A DNA stretch of 64,000 bases from Mobula hypostoma (GCF_963921235.1 NC_086107.1:110548001-110612000), one strand, 5' to 3'; shown: positions 35,911 to 49,279, numbered from the stretch's first letter. Made by a program: numbers and translations. Notes: generated from the sequence alone by a model not told the origin.

Positions 35911-36778
35911 TGTTCACATGAGCAGGTATCCATAAATTGTGCATTTTTGTCCTGGGGGATGGTCTGTAATCATTCTTGGTACTTGGCTATGTTAAAAGTG
36001 CTATGGGAATGAAAGTTGGTCAATGGACCCAAGACTTCAAGTCCATCGTACCCATGCCCTTCAGTTTACAATCGTTAATAGTTTTAAAGTTCACAACTTC
36101 AATAGAAAAAAGTGTTCTGAAGCATTGTCTGATTCTGGTCTAGGTTAAAGAGACTGTGGTCAAGGGAGAGCTTGGCTTGACCCACCAACAAGGTTCTCTT
36201 TGTTAAGGGTGACCCACATTACCTTGACTGTACCTCAAACCATTTTCAGAACTGTTGGGTACAACTGCTTAATTCTTAGATTGGACTGTTTAATTGTTGT
36301 TTCCTTTGCAGTTTAGCAATTATTTTTCTGCATGTATTTTAAGTAGTTTTTATATACATATAAGTTAAATATATACCCCTAGTGGTTATACAAAGTATAA
36401 TTCTGGAAAGCTCTGGAAGCCGCTTTGATCTACATTATTTGAATAATGACTTCCTTATCTGTAGGAGCCATGCATCTGTTCTCTATCTGCATTGTATTCT
36501 GTGTTGTGTGTTTATCACGGTAATTAGCCACAGTTTGGTTAGAAATGACCACTACATTATCTATAAATTTGAATGGAATTTCTTTATCTGTGGGTATAAA
36601 AATAGCTGTCCTGTGCTAGTTCCTTTGCCTCTCTCTTTGCTAAGTGAACCTCTGTTACTGCCTGTTCAACTTTCCTCTGTTCTACCAACTCTTAATAAAA
36701 TGATTGTGAAGCAACAGGTTTTGTGCCTCGTTCCTGACTTCTAAAAGAATCTTGGATCAAACACATCGTAATCCAACA
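35911..36778 (+). mobile_element. solo LTR (868 bp)
   Basis: TGTT...AACA termini, perfect 5-bp TSD GAGCT (35906-35910 / 36779-36783), TATAAAAA at 36595, AATAAA at 36694. Confidence 0.75.
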
Positions 36779-37329
36779 GAGCTAAGCAGGAAGGATATCC
36801 CCAAGGATCAGATTTGGTTGCTAATTGATTGCCTGTTCAGTTGTGATGTGATGGAGTTAAAAGCTCTGGTGTCAGATGTGGTTTAGTCAGACATGCTCTC
36901 ATCTTTGAATGTGCAGGCCATGGGTTTGGATCACACTCTGGAGACTTGAGCAAGCTAATGGACCAGACCAGCAGAGGATGGTCCATTTCTGAGGGTTTTA
37001 AACCAAGAAGCTCCTGTGAAGAGAAGTAACTCTGTATCTTTGGCAACATCCATTACCTGATAGACATAGTAAAAAACTATTTATGTGTTTGCGTACACAC
37101 GGAGGTTCCATGATTGATTGATCGTTCTGGTCATCCCCAGCAAGGACAGCATTTATTGCCCATCTCTTATTGTCCTTGAGAAGGAGGGGCTGAGCCACTG
37201 CCAAGAACCTTCTGCTAAAGGTGTTCCCACCATACTGTTTAAAGTCACAGTAAAATTTATTATCAAAGTAAGCAGATGAAGGCTCATTGCCATAGCCGGA
37301 TGTGAGGAGGTGGGGTGGGGTTGGGGGAG

Positions 37330-39575
37330 ACTCCAAAGTCAAGCTGAAATGTAGTGGATGAGGCCCCTCTACCCAGCATCTTGTCGGCAAATGTGCAGTC
37401 ACTGGAGAACAAAACTGAGGACCTGAGGGCAAGATTGCTGTATCAGAGAGAAATGAGAGATTGTTGCGTTCTGTGTCGGAGTGAGACGTGGCTTCCTTCC
37501 AGCGCACCAGATACAGCGGTCAAACCAGAAGGCTTCTCAATGTACTGAATGGACCTGATTGCTGGCTTGGAAAAGGCAAAAGGTGGAGGTGCGTGTTTCA
37601 TGATAAATCCTCGGTAGTTCTCCGATGTGGCGGTTTCATTGAACTGGTGTTCCCTTGACCTTGAATACCGAACAGTCAAATGCCATCCATTCTATTTACC
37701 TAAGAATTTCTCCTCCATAATCCTGACTGCACTTTGCATACCACCAGCGGCCGATTATAATCAAGCGCTTGAGATAATGCATGATGCCGTCTCCAAACAA
37801 GAAACAGTCTATTCTAGCACATTTCTAATCATAGTTGGGGAATTCAACCAGGCTTGTTTGAAAAAAAACCCTGCCTAATTACCATCAGCATATAACCTGT
37901 AGCACCAGATGTCCCAACACACTAGACCATTGTTATGCTAAGCTAAGGAATGCCTACCGTTCCATGCCCAGACCACATTTTGGTAAATCGGATCACTTGG
38001 CTGCCCTTCTCCTACCTGCATACAGGCAGAGGCTGGAGAGCAAAACTGCAGAGATTAGGACAACAACGAGGTGGTCGCGGGAGGCAGAGGAGAAGCTACG
38101 GGATTGCTTCGAGCCAGTGAACTGGCCGTGCTCAAGAACTCCTCTGTGGATCTGAATGCGTACACCATGGTTGTGATGGACTTCATTAAAACAGTTGCAG
38201 ATGAGAGTATCCCCACAAAATCATTCAGTCTTCCTCAACCAGAAGCCCTAGGTGGACTCTGAGATCCGCTATCTGCTGAGAGCCAGATCGGAGGTGTTCA
38301 ATCCGGAGACCAAGAAAGTCTCTGGTGCTGATCTGTGCTGATCAACTGGCTGGTGCGTTCATCGAGATCTTTAACCTCTAACTTCGGCAGTCTGAGGTAC
38401 CCACCTGCTCCAAGCAGGCTTCAGTTATACCAGTGCCTAAGAAGAACGTGGTGATCTGCTTCAATAACTATCGTCCAGTAGCACTTAGAAATGGTTTGAG
38501 AGGTTGGTGATCCTCCATGATCTCCATCAGCACAGGTGCACCGCAAATCTGTGTGCTTAGCCCCCTGCTCTCTCCCCTTTACTTATCATGACTGCGTGGC
38601 TAAGCACAGCCACCAACGCCATATTCAAGTGTGCTGATGACACCACTGTTGGTGGCCGAATCGAAGGTGGTGATGAATCAGCATACGGCAGGGAGATCGA
38701 AAATCTGGTAAACAGTAACCTCTTACTCAATGTCAGCAAGACCAAGGAGCTGATTATTGACTTCAGGAGGAGGGAACCAGACGTCCATGAGCCAGTCCTC
38801 ATTGGGCAATCAGAGGCGGAGAGAGCCAGCTATTTTAAATTCCTTGGTGTTATTATTTCGGAGGCTCAGAACGTAAGTGCAATTACGAAGAAAACGCGGC
38901 AGAGGCGCCAATTCCTTCGGAGTTTGCAGAGATTCGGCACGACATCTAAATCCTCGACAAATTTCTGTAGATGTGTAGTGGAGGGTATATTGACTGGCTG
39001 CATCACAGCTGGCGTGGGAACACCAATGCCCTTGAACGAAAAATCCCACAAAAAGTAGTGGATGCAGCCCACTTTATCAGAGGAAAAGCCCTCCCCACCA
39101 TTGAGCACATCTACACAAAACTCTGTTGCAGGAAAGCAGCATCCATCAACAGGGACCCCCACCTCCCAGGCCATGCTCCCTTCTCACTTCTGTGTCAGGA
39201 GGAAGGTACAACACTCACACCGGCAGGTTCAAGAACAGTTAGTACCCCTCAAGCGTCACACTCTTGAACCAAAGGGGATAACTTCCCCTGCCCCATCATT
39301 CCCACAACCTATGGATTCACTTTCAAGGACTCTTCATCTCATCGTCTCGATATTTATTGCTGATTTATTTTTTATTATTATGCTTTCTTTTTATATTTGC
39401 ATGGTTTGTTGTCTTTTGCACACTGATTGAACGCCACGTTGGTGCAGTCTTTCATTGATTCTGTTCTGTTTATTATTCTATTACGGACTTACTGTGTATG
39501 CCCACAAGGGAGTGAATCTCCGGGTTGTAAGTGGTGAGATATATGTACTTTGATAATAAATTTACTTTGAACTTT
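37330..39575 (+). mobile_element. decayed Rex1/Babar LINE with AP-endonuclease and RT remnants (frameshifts, deletions)
   Basis: PLPSILSANVQSLENK...SETWL (APE), GKSDHL, IFKCADDTTVGG...LLNVSKTKELIIDFRR (RT), then C-terminus and 3' UTR. Confidence 0.85.
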
Positions 39576-40204
39576 GACTTTTGTACCATGTGCCATAGAT
39601 GATACTGCCTTGAAATTCATTTTCTTGCAGGGAAAGAAAGAAATACAATAGAATTTACAAAAAAAAACTATACATAAACAGACTGGCAATAACCAACGTG
39701 CAAGAGGAGACAAATTGTGCAAATAAATGAAAATTAGTAGGAACATGAGTTGTAGAGTCCTTGAAAGTGAGTCTATAGGTTGTGGAATCAGTTCAGAGTT
39801 GTGGAGAGTGAAGTTATCCACGCCAGTTCAAAAGCCTGATGGTTGATGAGGAATAACTGTTCCTGAATCTGGTGGTGTGGGACTTTAGGCTCTGTACCTC
39901 CTGCCCACCAGAAGTAGCAAGATGAGAGCATGCCCCAGATGGTGGGGGGTGTTCTTGATGATGGATGCTGATTTCTTGTGGTAGTGCTCCTCGTAAAGGC
40001 GGGGCGGGGGGAGATCTTTGCCTGAACTAGGCTGTATCCACCCCAGGACTTTGACCCCGTGATGATACAAGAACAGCGATATATTGTGGGGGAATCTACA
40101 GATGGCGATCGGATAGTATACATAGAAACAGGCCCTTCGGCCCTTCATGCCTATGCTGACCATTAAGTTATTATCTATACAAATCCCTATACGAGGATAT
40201 CATA

Positions 40205-40780
40205 ATCAGAATCAGGTTTATTATCACTGGCATGTGATGTGAAATTTGTTAACTTAGCAGCAGCAGTTCAATGCAATACATAATCTAGCAGAAAGAAAAT
40301 AATAATAATAATAAGAAATAAACAAGTAAATCAATAACAGTGTATGTATATTGAATAGATTTTTAAAAAAGTGCAAAAGCTGAAATACCATATATATTAA
40401 AAAAAAGTGAGGTAGTGTCCAAAGATTCAATGTCCATTTAGGAATCGGATGGCAGAGGGGAAGAAGCTGTTCCTGAATCGCTGAGTGTGTGCCTTCAGGC
40501 TTCTGTACCTCCTACCTGATGGTAACAGTGAGAAAAGGGCATGCCCTGGGTGCTGGAGGTCCTTAATAATGGACGCTGCCTTTCTGAGACACCGCTCCCT
40601 GAAGATGTACTGGGTACTTTGTAGGCTAGTACCCAAGATGGAGCTGACTAGATTTACAACCTTCTGCAGCTTCTTTTGGTCCTGTGCAGTAGCCCCTCCA
40701 TACCAGACAGTGATGCAGCCTGTCAGAATGCTCTCCACGGTGGAACTATCGAAGTTTTTGAGTGTATTTGTTGACATGAC
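40205..40780 (-). mobile_element. Rex1/Babar LINE 3' fragment, (ATTCTG)n tail
   Basis: ORF 40427-40792 TVESILTGCITVWYG...HPGHALFSLLPSGRRYRSL. Related copies at ~9710-10035, 42715-43100, 44995-45345 plus 46315-46660 (all -), and 47560-48125(+). Confidence 0.8.
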
Positions 40781-40929
40781 TTGTATATACAATGCCTTGA
40801 TAATTCACTGGCTGATTCATATCTTGTGTACCTGTCTATACTACCTTCTTGTGCAGTGCATTCTAGATTGCAATTACCTGGTGACAAAATTCTTCCTTGG
40901 ATTCCCTCTAAAATACTTATCCTATGCAC

Positions 40930-41250
40930 TCTGGAAAACTCTGATCTGAAACCTCCGCTGCCTGGGGGTTATACCCACTCATGGGGAAGGCTTTGCGAGC
41001 AAACCCCAAGGGAAAAATCTGGTGCTGGAGTCCCTAAGGCAGTCCTATGTTGAGTTCAACACTGACTGGCAGCTCCTGAGACGCCGCTGGTGCCAAACTG
41101 TATCGGTCTCTGCCGTTCCCTTGGATTCATCAGCTGCATGGAGAGAGAGAGAGCTACATGGGCAACAGCTTGCTCTCCATATCGTACTACCTTAGCTTGC
41201 ATATACATAGGCAATAGGATGCAACACCCATGGTTGATCCTAACCAATTT
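40930..41250 (+). mobile_element. non-autonomous RTE-derived element
   Basis: Its middle (GACGCCGCTGGTGCCAAACTGTAT...TTCCCTTGGA...GGAGAG) matches the body of the tRNA-SINEs at 44269 and 58190. Confidence 0.5.
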
Positions 41251-41364
41251 GGAGACTCTTAAACCCATGCACTCTAGTTTTAAAGGGAGAAGTTTCTTAA
41301 TACCTACTTATTCTATACCTCACTTTCTTAATCCCTTGTAAACAGACCTAGCCCATCCAGTCAT

Positions 41365-42160
41365 AGACACAAGAGGTACTGCAGATGCTGGGAATCTAGA
41401 GCAATACACACAATGTGCTGGAGGAGCTCAGCAGGTCAGGCAGCGCCTATAGGTGGGAATTAACAGTCGATGTTTCGGGCCGGGACCCTTCACCAGGACT
41501 GGGAAGGAAGGGGTAAAATGTCAGATTAAGAAGGTGGGTGGAGGCGAGGAAGAACTACACGCGGCAGGTGATAGGTGAAACCGGGAGAGGGGGAGGGGGG
41601 TGAAGTAAAGAATTGGGAAGTTGATTGGTAGAAGAGGTAAGGGCTGGAGAAGGGGAGAGGACAAATACCATGGACAAAAGGGAAGGGGGTGGAGCACTGG
41701 GGGAAGGGATGGGCAGGTAAGAAGAGAAGGCGTGAGATGGAAACAAGAATGGGGAATGGTGAAGGAGGGGGAGGGGGCAATTACCACAAGTTTCTGAAAT
41801 CCATGTTCAGGCCATCAGGTTGGAGGCTACCCAGATGGATTTTGAGGTGTTGCTCCTCCAACCTGCGTCTGGCCTTGTCGCGGCAGTAGGGGAGGCCATG
41901 GGCTGAAAAGTCGGAGTGGGAACGGGAATGGGAAGTGGAACAGAAACTGGTGGCCACCGGGAAAGCCCGCTTTTCGTGGCAGACGGAGTGAAGAGACTCG
42001 ACGAAGCGGTCTCCCAATCTACATTGGGTTTTCACCGATATACAGGAGGCCGCACTGGGAGGACAGGGTACAGTGGACAACCCCAACAGATTTGTAGGTG
42101 AAGTGTCGCCTCACCTGGAAGGACTGTTTGGGGCCCTGAAAGCTGGTGAGGGAGGAGGTG
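41365..42160 (-). mobile_element. older Penelope-like copy including the GIY-YIG motif
   Basis: Minus strand encodes SVGVVHC..SQCGLLYIGE (GIY-YIG), then after a frameshift RLGDRFVE...RLEEQHLKIHLGSLQPDGLN; decayed hammerhead at 41465-41500. Confidence 0.8.
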
Positions 42161-43172
42161 TACTCATTGACACCCTGGTGAAACTCCTCTGTACCCCCTT
42201 CAGAGCAATCAGGTCCACTTACAGTGTGGTAACCAGGACTGTACTCAGGCCCGTGCTCCTGCTTAAGCCATCATTGAGATCAAGAGGGTTGAGAGTTTCA
42301 CAGTCCGAGGAGTGAACATCACCATCCTAGACCAAGCATGCAGGAGCCATGGCCAAGAAAACAAACTAGTGCCTTTACTTCGTCAGCAGGCGAAAGAAAT
42401 TCAGAATATCCCATTTGGCCCTCACCAGTTTTTATAGTTGCACCATAGAAAGCATCCCATCCAGATACTGGACTCGAGAGATTCTGCAGAAGCTGGAAGT
42501 AGAATTTGAGCAACGCACACAAAATGCTGGAGGAACTCAGCAAGTCAGGCAGCATCTACGGAGGGTAATATACAGTCGACATCTCGGGCCGAGACCCATC
42601 GTTCAGGCCTGGAAAGGAAGGGGGCAGAAGCCAGAATGGTCTCATTCGCGTGCACTTGATTTGCCCTCTGGGCCTTGTTGATTCTAAATGCTCGCCTAGA
42701 TGCTTCCAGAATTTTCAGAATCAGAATCAGGTTTAATATCACTGGCATATGTCGTGAAATTTGTTAACTTTGCAGCAGCAGCATGATGTGATACATGATA
42801 ATAGAAAAAAAACAGTAAATATATATATATAACAATAGTTAAATTAAATAAGTAGTGCAAAAAAATAGTGAGGTAGTGCTCATGGGTTCAATGTCCATTC
42901 AGATATCTGATGGCAGAGGGGAAGAAGCTGTTCCTGAATCATTGAGTGTGTGTCTTCAGGGTCCTGTACCTCCTCCCTGATGGTAGCAATGAGAACAGGG
43001 CATGACCTGGGTGATGGGGGTCCTTAATGATGGACGCTGCCTTTTTGCGACATTGTTCCTTGGAGGTGTCCCGGATACTACGTAGGATAGTGATGGAGCT
43101 AAGTTTTCAGGTCTCTCTTACAATTGGCTGGGTTTGAAACATAGTTGGTGTCTACTGCCTGCCCTCTGGCTG

Positions 43173-43620
43173 CCCACTGGCTGGCTCTGCAAATCACAGC
43201 TGGGTTCCACTGGCTGGCTCTGGAAACGGCAGCTGGTTTCCACTGGCTGGCTCTGGAAATGGCAGCTGGTTCCCACTGGCTAGCTCCAGAAATCACAGTT
43301 AGTTCCCACTGGCTCGCTCTGGAAATCACAGTTGGTTCCCACTGGCTGGCTCTGCAAATTGCAGCTAGTTCCCACTGGCTGGCTCTGGCAATCACAGTTA
43401 GTTCCTACTGGCTGGCTCTGCAAATCGCAGCTAGTTCCCACTGGCTGGCTCTGGAAATCACAGCTGGTTCCCACTGGCTCTGGAAATCACAGTTAGTTCC
43501 CACTGGCTGGCTCTGCAAATCGCAGCTAGTTCCCACTGGCTGGCTCTGGAAATCACAGCTGGTTCCCACTGGCTGGCTCTGGAAATGGCAGGTGGCACTC
43601 ACTGGCTGACTCTGGAAGCC
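43173..43620. repeat. 33-bp minisatellite, ~13 units
   Basis: Unit CCCACTGGCTGGCTCTG(G/C)AAATC(A/G)CAG(C/T)T(G/A)GTT. Confidence 0.92.
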
Positions 43621-43741
43621 ACACTGCCCAGTTCCTGACACCATTCTGCTGACCACTCAGCCCTGATGTGAATCGGTCTGCAATTGTCTGTCATCTCAAT
43701 CACCTCTTTCATATATTGTGATATTCTCAAAATAAGTTCTT

Positions 43742-43755
43742 GTTGCCATGGAAAC
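43742..43755. promoter_or_regulatory. RFX X-box consensus match
   Basis: GTTGCCATGGAAAC in apparently non-TE sequence; motif match only. Confidence 0.35.
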
Positions 43756-44268
43756 CTGCCTGGTTGCAGCGTGAATCACGGAAAAGTGGGTGTTGCTTCA
43801 CAGAAGTTAGATGGTGATCTGAAAAATGGTCGGCTGGAAACCAGCCAAGATTCGAACTCGGAGTTGTTTGTGTCGGAGTATGTTCCTGGCTATTCAACTG
43901 TTTATGTCCTTGTTGGCTTTTTCGGATCGTGGTTGTCTGTGGGGTTGCTGCAGAGCGAGCCCGTGATTCGTGTTTTTGCCCCGCATGTTCACCGTCAGGG
44001 GTGTGACTCTGTGTGGAGACGGATATCGGCCCTGGAGGGAGCGGGACGGAGAGCGAGGTCACTGGTCCTCTCGCTCTCCCTCTCCCGACAGGGTCCTGGC
44101 CTCCGAGCTACCCAGTGTCACTTCTCCACAGAGAAAAGGGACAGAGGGTTTAAAAGGCTTAAGGTGAGAGGGTGGAAAGTTTAAAGGTAATACGCAGGGC
44201 AACTTTTCAATGCAGAGTGATAATAATAATAATGATAGTAATAACTTATTTTAAAATATAACTTATTT

Positions 44269-44588
44269 GTGTGGGTATGTGGCCAAGTGGTTAAGGCATT
44301 CGACTAGCGACCTGAAGGTCGTGAGTTCGAGCCCCAGCCGAGGCAGCGCGTTGTGTCTTTGAGCAAGGCACTTAACCACACAGTGCCCTGCGACGACACT
44401 GGTGCCAAGCCGTATGGGTCCTAATGCCCTTCCCTTGGACAACATCGGTGTCGTGGAGAGGGGAGACTTGCAGCATGGGCAACTGTTGGTCTTTCATACA
44501 ACCTTGCCCAGGCCTGCACCCTGGAGAGTGAAGACTTTCCAGGCACAGATCCATGGTCTGGCAAGACTAATGGATGCCTTTATATTTA
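44269..44588 (+). mobile_element. tRNA-derived SINE with RTE-type 3' tail
   Basis: A box TGGCCAAGTGG, B box GTTCGAGCC; TSD ATAACTTATTT (44258-44268 / 44589-44599); tail matches RTE 25943-25991. Confidence 0.8.
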
Positions 44589-45344
44589 ATAACTTATTTA
44601 TAGAGCACTTTTCATGCAAACGATCTCCTTCAAAGTGCCTGGTAGGTGCCTGGACTGGGCTGCCAGTGGAGGTGGTGGAAGCAGAAATGTTTCTTCATTT
44701 ACTCACTAAGATACAGCGCAGAACAAACCCTTCTGACTCTTCGAGCCGTGCCTCCTAGCAACCCCCGATTTCATCCTCGCCTCATCACGGGACAATTGAC
44801 ACCGACCTATTAACCTACACAGTCTTTGGAATGTGGGAGAAATCCTAGGCATTCCACGGGGAGGGCGTACCGATGGCGCCAGACTTGACCTCCAAACTCT
44901 GTCGTGCTACGCCGCCGTGGTAGCCGGACGCATTGAAAAGGCGGTTAGTTAGACGTATGAGTATGCAGGCTGGGAGTGTAAGGACATGGCTCAGAACCAG
45001 AATCAGGTTTAATATCACCGGCATATACAGTGAAGTTTGTTGTTGTGCGTCAGCTGTACAGCGCAATATATAACAATAAAAACTGTGAATTACAGTAACA
45101 AATATTTAAAATATTTTAAGTAAGTAGTGCAAAAATGGAAATAAATGAAGTACTGAGGCAGTGATCCATGGGTTCAACGTCCATTCAGAACCCGGATGGC
45201 AGAGGGGAAGAAGCTGTTCCTGAATTATTGAGCTTGTGCCTTGGGTTTCTGTATCTCCGTTCTGCTGGTAGCATGTTCTGGGTGGTGGGGGTCCTTAATG
45301 ATGGACGCTGCTTTTCTGAGGCAGCGAACCTTGAAGATGTCCTC

Positions 45345-46315
45345 AAGTTTCCATCAAACTCAATATATAAGTTGGCTGATGACACGACAATTGTAGGCTA
45401 CATCTCGGGTAATGATGCGTTTGAGTACAGGGAGGAAATTAAGAACCTGGTGGCATGGTGCGAAGACAATAACCTATCCCTCAACGTCAGCAAGACGAAG
45501 GAATTGGTTGTTGACTTCAGAAGGAGTAGCGGACCGCACGACCCAATTTACATCGGTAGTGCGAAAGTGGAACAGGTCAAAAGCTTTAAGTTCCTCGGGG
45601 TCAATATCACAAGTGACTTGACTTGGTCCAACCAAGCTAGAGTTCACTGCCAAGAAGGCCCACCTGCGCCTTTACTTCCTGAGAAACTAAAGAAATTTGG
45701 CCTGTCCCCTAAAACCCTCACTAATTTTTATAGATGCACCGTAGAAAGCATTCTTCTAGGGTGCATCACAATCTGGTATGGAAGTTGTCCTGTCCAAGAC
45801 CGAAAGAAGCTGCAGAAGATCATGAACACAGCGCAGCACATCACACAAACCAATCTTCCGTCCTCGGACTCACTTTACACCGCACGCTGTCGGAGCAGTG
45901 CTGCCAGGATAATCAAGGACACGACCCACCCAGCCAACACACTTTTCGTCCCTCTTCCCTCTGGGAGAAGGCTCAGGAGCTTGAAGACTCGTACGGCCAG
46001 ATTTGGGAATGGCTTCTTTCCAACTGTGATAAGACTGCTGAACGGATCCTGACCCGGATCTGGGCCGTACCCTCCAAATATCCGGACCTGCCTCTCGGTT
46101 TTTTTTAACACTACCATACTTTCCATTTTTCTATTTTCTATTTATGATTTATAATTTAAATTTTTAATATTTACTAATTTTTTACTATTTAAAATATTTT
46201 TAATATTTAATATTTGTAATCCAGGGAGTGGGAAGTGCAGAATCAAATATCACTGTGATGATTGTACGTTCTAGTATCAATTGTTTGGTGACAATAAAGT
46301 ATAAAGCATAAAGTA
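45345..46315 (+). mobile_element. 5'-truncated, relatively young Rex1/Babar LINE nested in an opposite-strand Rex1 copy
   Basis: KLADDTTIVG...NLSLNVSKTKELVVDFRR...FYRCTVESILLGCITIWYG...HPANTLFVPLPSGRRLRS; (AAAGTAT)n tail. Confidence 0.85.
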
Positions 46316-47031
46316 TATTACAGAGGTTAATGCCTATGATGGAGCTGACTGAGCTTACAACTCTGTGCAGCTTATTTCGATCCTGTACAGAAGCCCAGCA
46401 CATCCCTTTCCCCATAGCAGATGGTGATGCAGCCAGTTAGAATGCTCTCCATGGTACATCTGTAGAAATTTGCGAGCGCCTTTGGTGATATACCAACTCT
46501 CCTCAAACTCCTAATGAAATATAGCCTCTGGCATGTCCTCTTTGTAAATGCATCTGTATGTTGGGCCCAGGATCGATCTTCAGAGATGTTGACACCCAGG
46601 ATCCTGAAACTGCTCGCTCTCTGTGTTCCCTCACCTTACCCTTTCTGAAGTTAACAATCAGTTATAGGATATAGGCAAAATGAATTTAGTTTTGGCATAC
46701 TGTGGTCACAAAGGCTTCCTCCTATGTGGTTTTGTTCCATGTCCTTCAGCACGCCTCAGTAACCCTTCTGTCGTCCAGGTCCAGAGGCAGAACGGTGGTG
46801 CCAGGGGTGGCAAGGTAGTGGAGATGTTAACGTGACACCGTTACGGTGCCTGTGACCTGCGCTCGGTTCCCTGCACCGTCTGTAAGGAGTTTTTACGTTC
46901 TCCCCGTGACAGATGGGTTTCCTCCGGGTGCTCTGGTTTCCTCCCGCATTCCAAAGCCGTACGAGTTCGTAGGTTAATTGGTCACATGGCTGTGATTGGG
47001 TGGCACGGGCTTGTATGGGCTGAAAGGCTTG

Positions 47032-47285
47032 TGTTCTGCATTTAATATTTCAGAAACACCTGAGTAATCTTGCATTTGTGTGTATGTATAGCTAGGCTGA
47101 TTAAGCTTTCTTGTTCATTTACATAATTAATCATGGTCGTATGTATAAATACATGGATTGCATGCGTTTTCACACTACCACATGACACGCGCATGCCTCA
47201 CTTAAAGTGAACCAGAAGTCAGACTCACGTTTCAGACTCCCGTGTCATCCTTTGAGTTGGTTTAATGCTCTGAAGTTACAAAACA
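47032..47285. mobile_element. probable short solo LTR inserted in a V-SINE tail
   Basis: TGTTCTG...CAAAACA termini; flanks GCTTG / TCCTG each differ by one base from the expected SINE target GCCTG. Confidence 0.55.
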
Positions 47286-49279
47286 TCCTGTTATCATGCT
47301 GTATCTCTAAAATACAAAATAACGAGGAAGATCTGAGTGAAAAAATGTGTCTTGGTGGCTCTTCGACAAATGGGGAGCTGTGGTCCATACGCCAGTGCAC
47401 TCGTTCAGAATGTTTAACATAGTAAGCTTTTCAAAGGTGTTACTGCCAAAGGTCCTTCCTGCGTTACAAACTCGAGGGACTGATTTACCGGGAGAGCCTG
47501 AGCAGACTGTGACTTTATTCACTGGAGTGTAAGATCACTCAGTGTCAGTGAGACCAAAGCAATGACGTGGACTCTAGGAAGGGGAAGCCGAGGGAGCACA
47601 CCCCAGTCCTCATCGAGGGGTCGGCAGTGGAAGGGGTGAGCAGTTTCAAGTTCCTGGGTGTCAACGTCTCTGAGGATCTATCCTGGGCCCAACATACCGA
47701 TGCAATTACAAAGAAGGCACGACAGATGCTATACTTCATAAGTAGTTTGAGGAGAATTGGTATGTCACAAAAGACTCTCGCAAATTTCTACAGATGTACC
47801 GTGGAGAGCATTTTAACAGGTTGCATCACCATCTGGTACGGAGAGACCACTGCACACGATTGGAAAAAGCTGCAGAAAGTTGTAAACTCAGCCAGCTCCA
47901 TCACGGGCACTAGCCTCCCCATCACCCAGGACATCTCAAAAAGGCGGCATCCATCATTAAGGACCCCCACCACCCAGGACATGGCCCGTTTCTCATTGCT
48001 ACTATCAAGCAGGAGGTACAGGAGCCTGAAGACACATATTCAATGTTTCAGGAACAGCTTCTTCCCCTCTGCCATTCAATTTCTGAAAGGACAATGAACT
48101 CATGAACACTACCTCACTATTTTCTTTCACTCACTTAACCTTTTACCCAGCACTGGGGAAATCAAGAACCAATGGACGCAGGTTTAAGGTGGGAGGGGAG
48201 AGTTTTAATGGAATGAGCTGCCAGAGGAAGTGGTTGAGACAGGTATATTAACCACACTTAAAAGGTAAACAGGAGTGATTCTGCAGATGCTGGAAAGTAC
48301 AGAACAACACGCAGAAAATGCTGGAGGAACTCAACAGGTCAGGCAGCTTTGGTGGAGAGGAATAAACAGTTGAACATTTCGGCCTGAGAGCTTTCACCTG
48401 GACTGGAAAGGAAGGGGGAAGGAGCCAAAATAAGATAAGGTACTTGGACAGAGAAGGTTTAGATATCTATGTGCCAAATCTGGATCATTTTAGATGGGAA
48501 TCTTGGTTGGCACGTAATAATTGGGCTGCAGGGCCTGTTTCTGCACTGTATGGTTTTATTTCATATCTGTGTCCCCCTGCCCCGCCTTTTACCTCGACCT
48601 TGACAACACTGTGCTTATATAGTGAGGTAAGCCTTTGGTAGTGTTGAGTCTTGGTGCTTATGTTCTACGTGAACCATCAGGCTTGAAGGCCTCGTACTAT
48701 GTGAACTGTGTGCAGTTCCATTCTTTACTTCACGTACAGTGGCAATCTCCCATCGTAGATTTTATGGGCTTGTCGTTCAGCTGGTAACCAGACGCGGGTT
48801 TACTATGGTTCACTTTAGCCTACAGTATGTGGCTTGGGTCGTTTCAGACTGATTCCAGGCTTTTTCTGCCGAGTAACTCACACAAGATGCTGGAGGAACT
48901 CAGCAGGTCAAACAGCATCTATGGAGGGGAATAAACAGTCGATGTTCTGAGCCAAAACCCGTCATCAGGACTGGAAAGGTAGGGAGCAGAAGTCAGAACG
49001 ATCTACTTACAAGCACTTGGTCTACGGCCCTCTGTGCATTGGAGATTTTAAATGGTCGCCTGGAAGCTTCTAGAATTTTGGTGTACTGATATGAGGAAAG
49101 ATCTGTTTGGATAGCATGCAAAACAAAGTTTTTCACCATACTTCAGTATATGTGGCAATAATAAACCAGTTATTAAATAATCCTGCTGCCTTGTAAACAT
49201 CTCTTGGAATACTGCAGGCACTTCTGGGCGTCACAGAAAGGGATGTTACAGCTGTTGAGCTGAAAGAGGGGAGAAACTT

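Noticed and set aside
36870..37060. Possible ancient Deu-domain SINE remnant
   Set aside because: Only short patches resemble my recollection of the family; too degraded to call without an alignment.
43099..43656. Repeat-protein ORFs (HWLALEITAGS / ASQWE) or a CRISPR-like array
   Set aside because: Contiguous 33-bp tandem units without unique spacers, a frameshifting deletion, a eukaryotic context and no cas genes.
44276..44345. tRNA gene-like sequence (also 58197-58265 and 30305-30370)
   Set aside because: These are SINE heads: they continue into a shared SINE body and tail, two have TSDs, and none shows a proper acceptor stem or terminator.
45168..46052. 294-aa ORF as an intact gene
   Set aside because: Chimeric: the N-terminus is antisense Rex1 sequence fused to a 5'-truncated RT fragment with a locally shifted segment.
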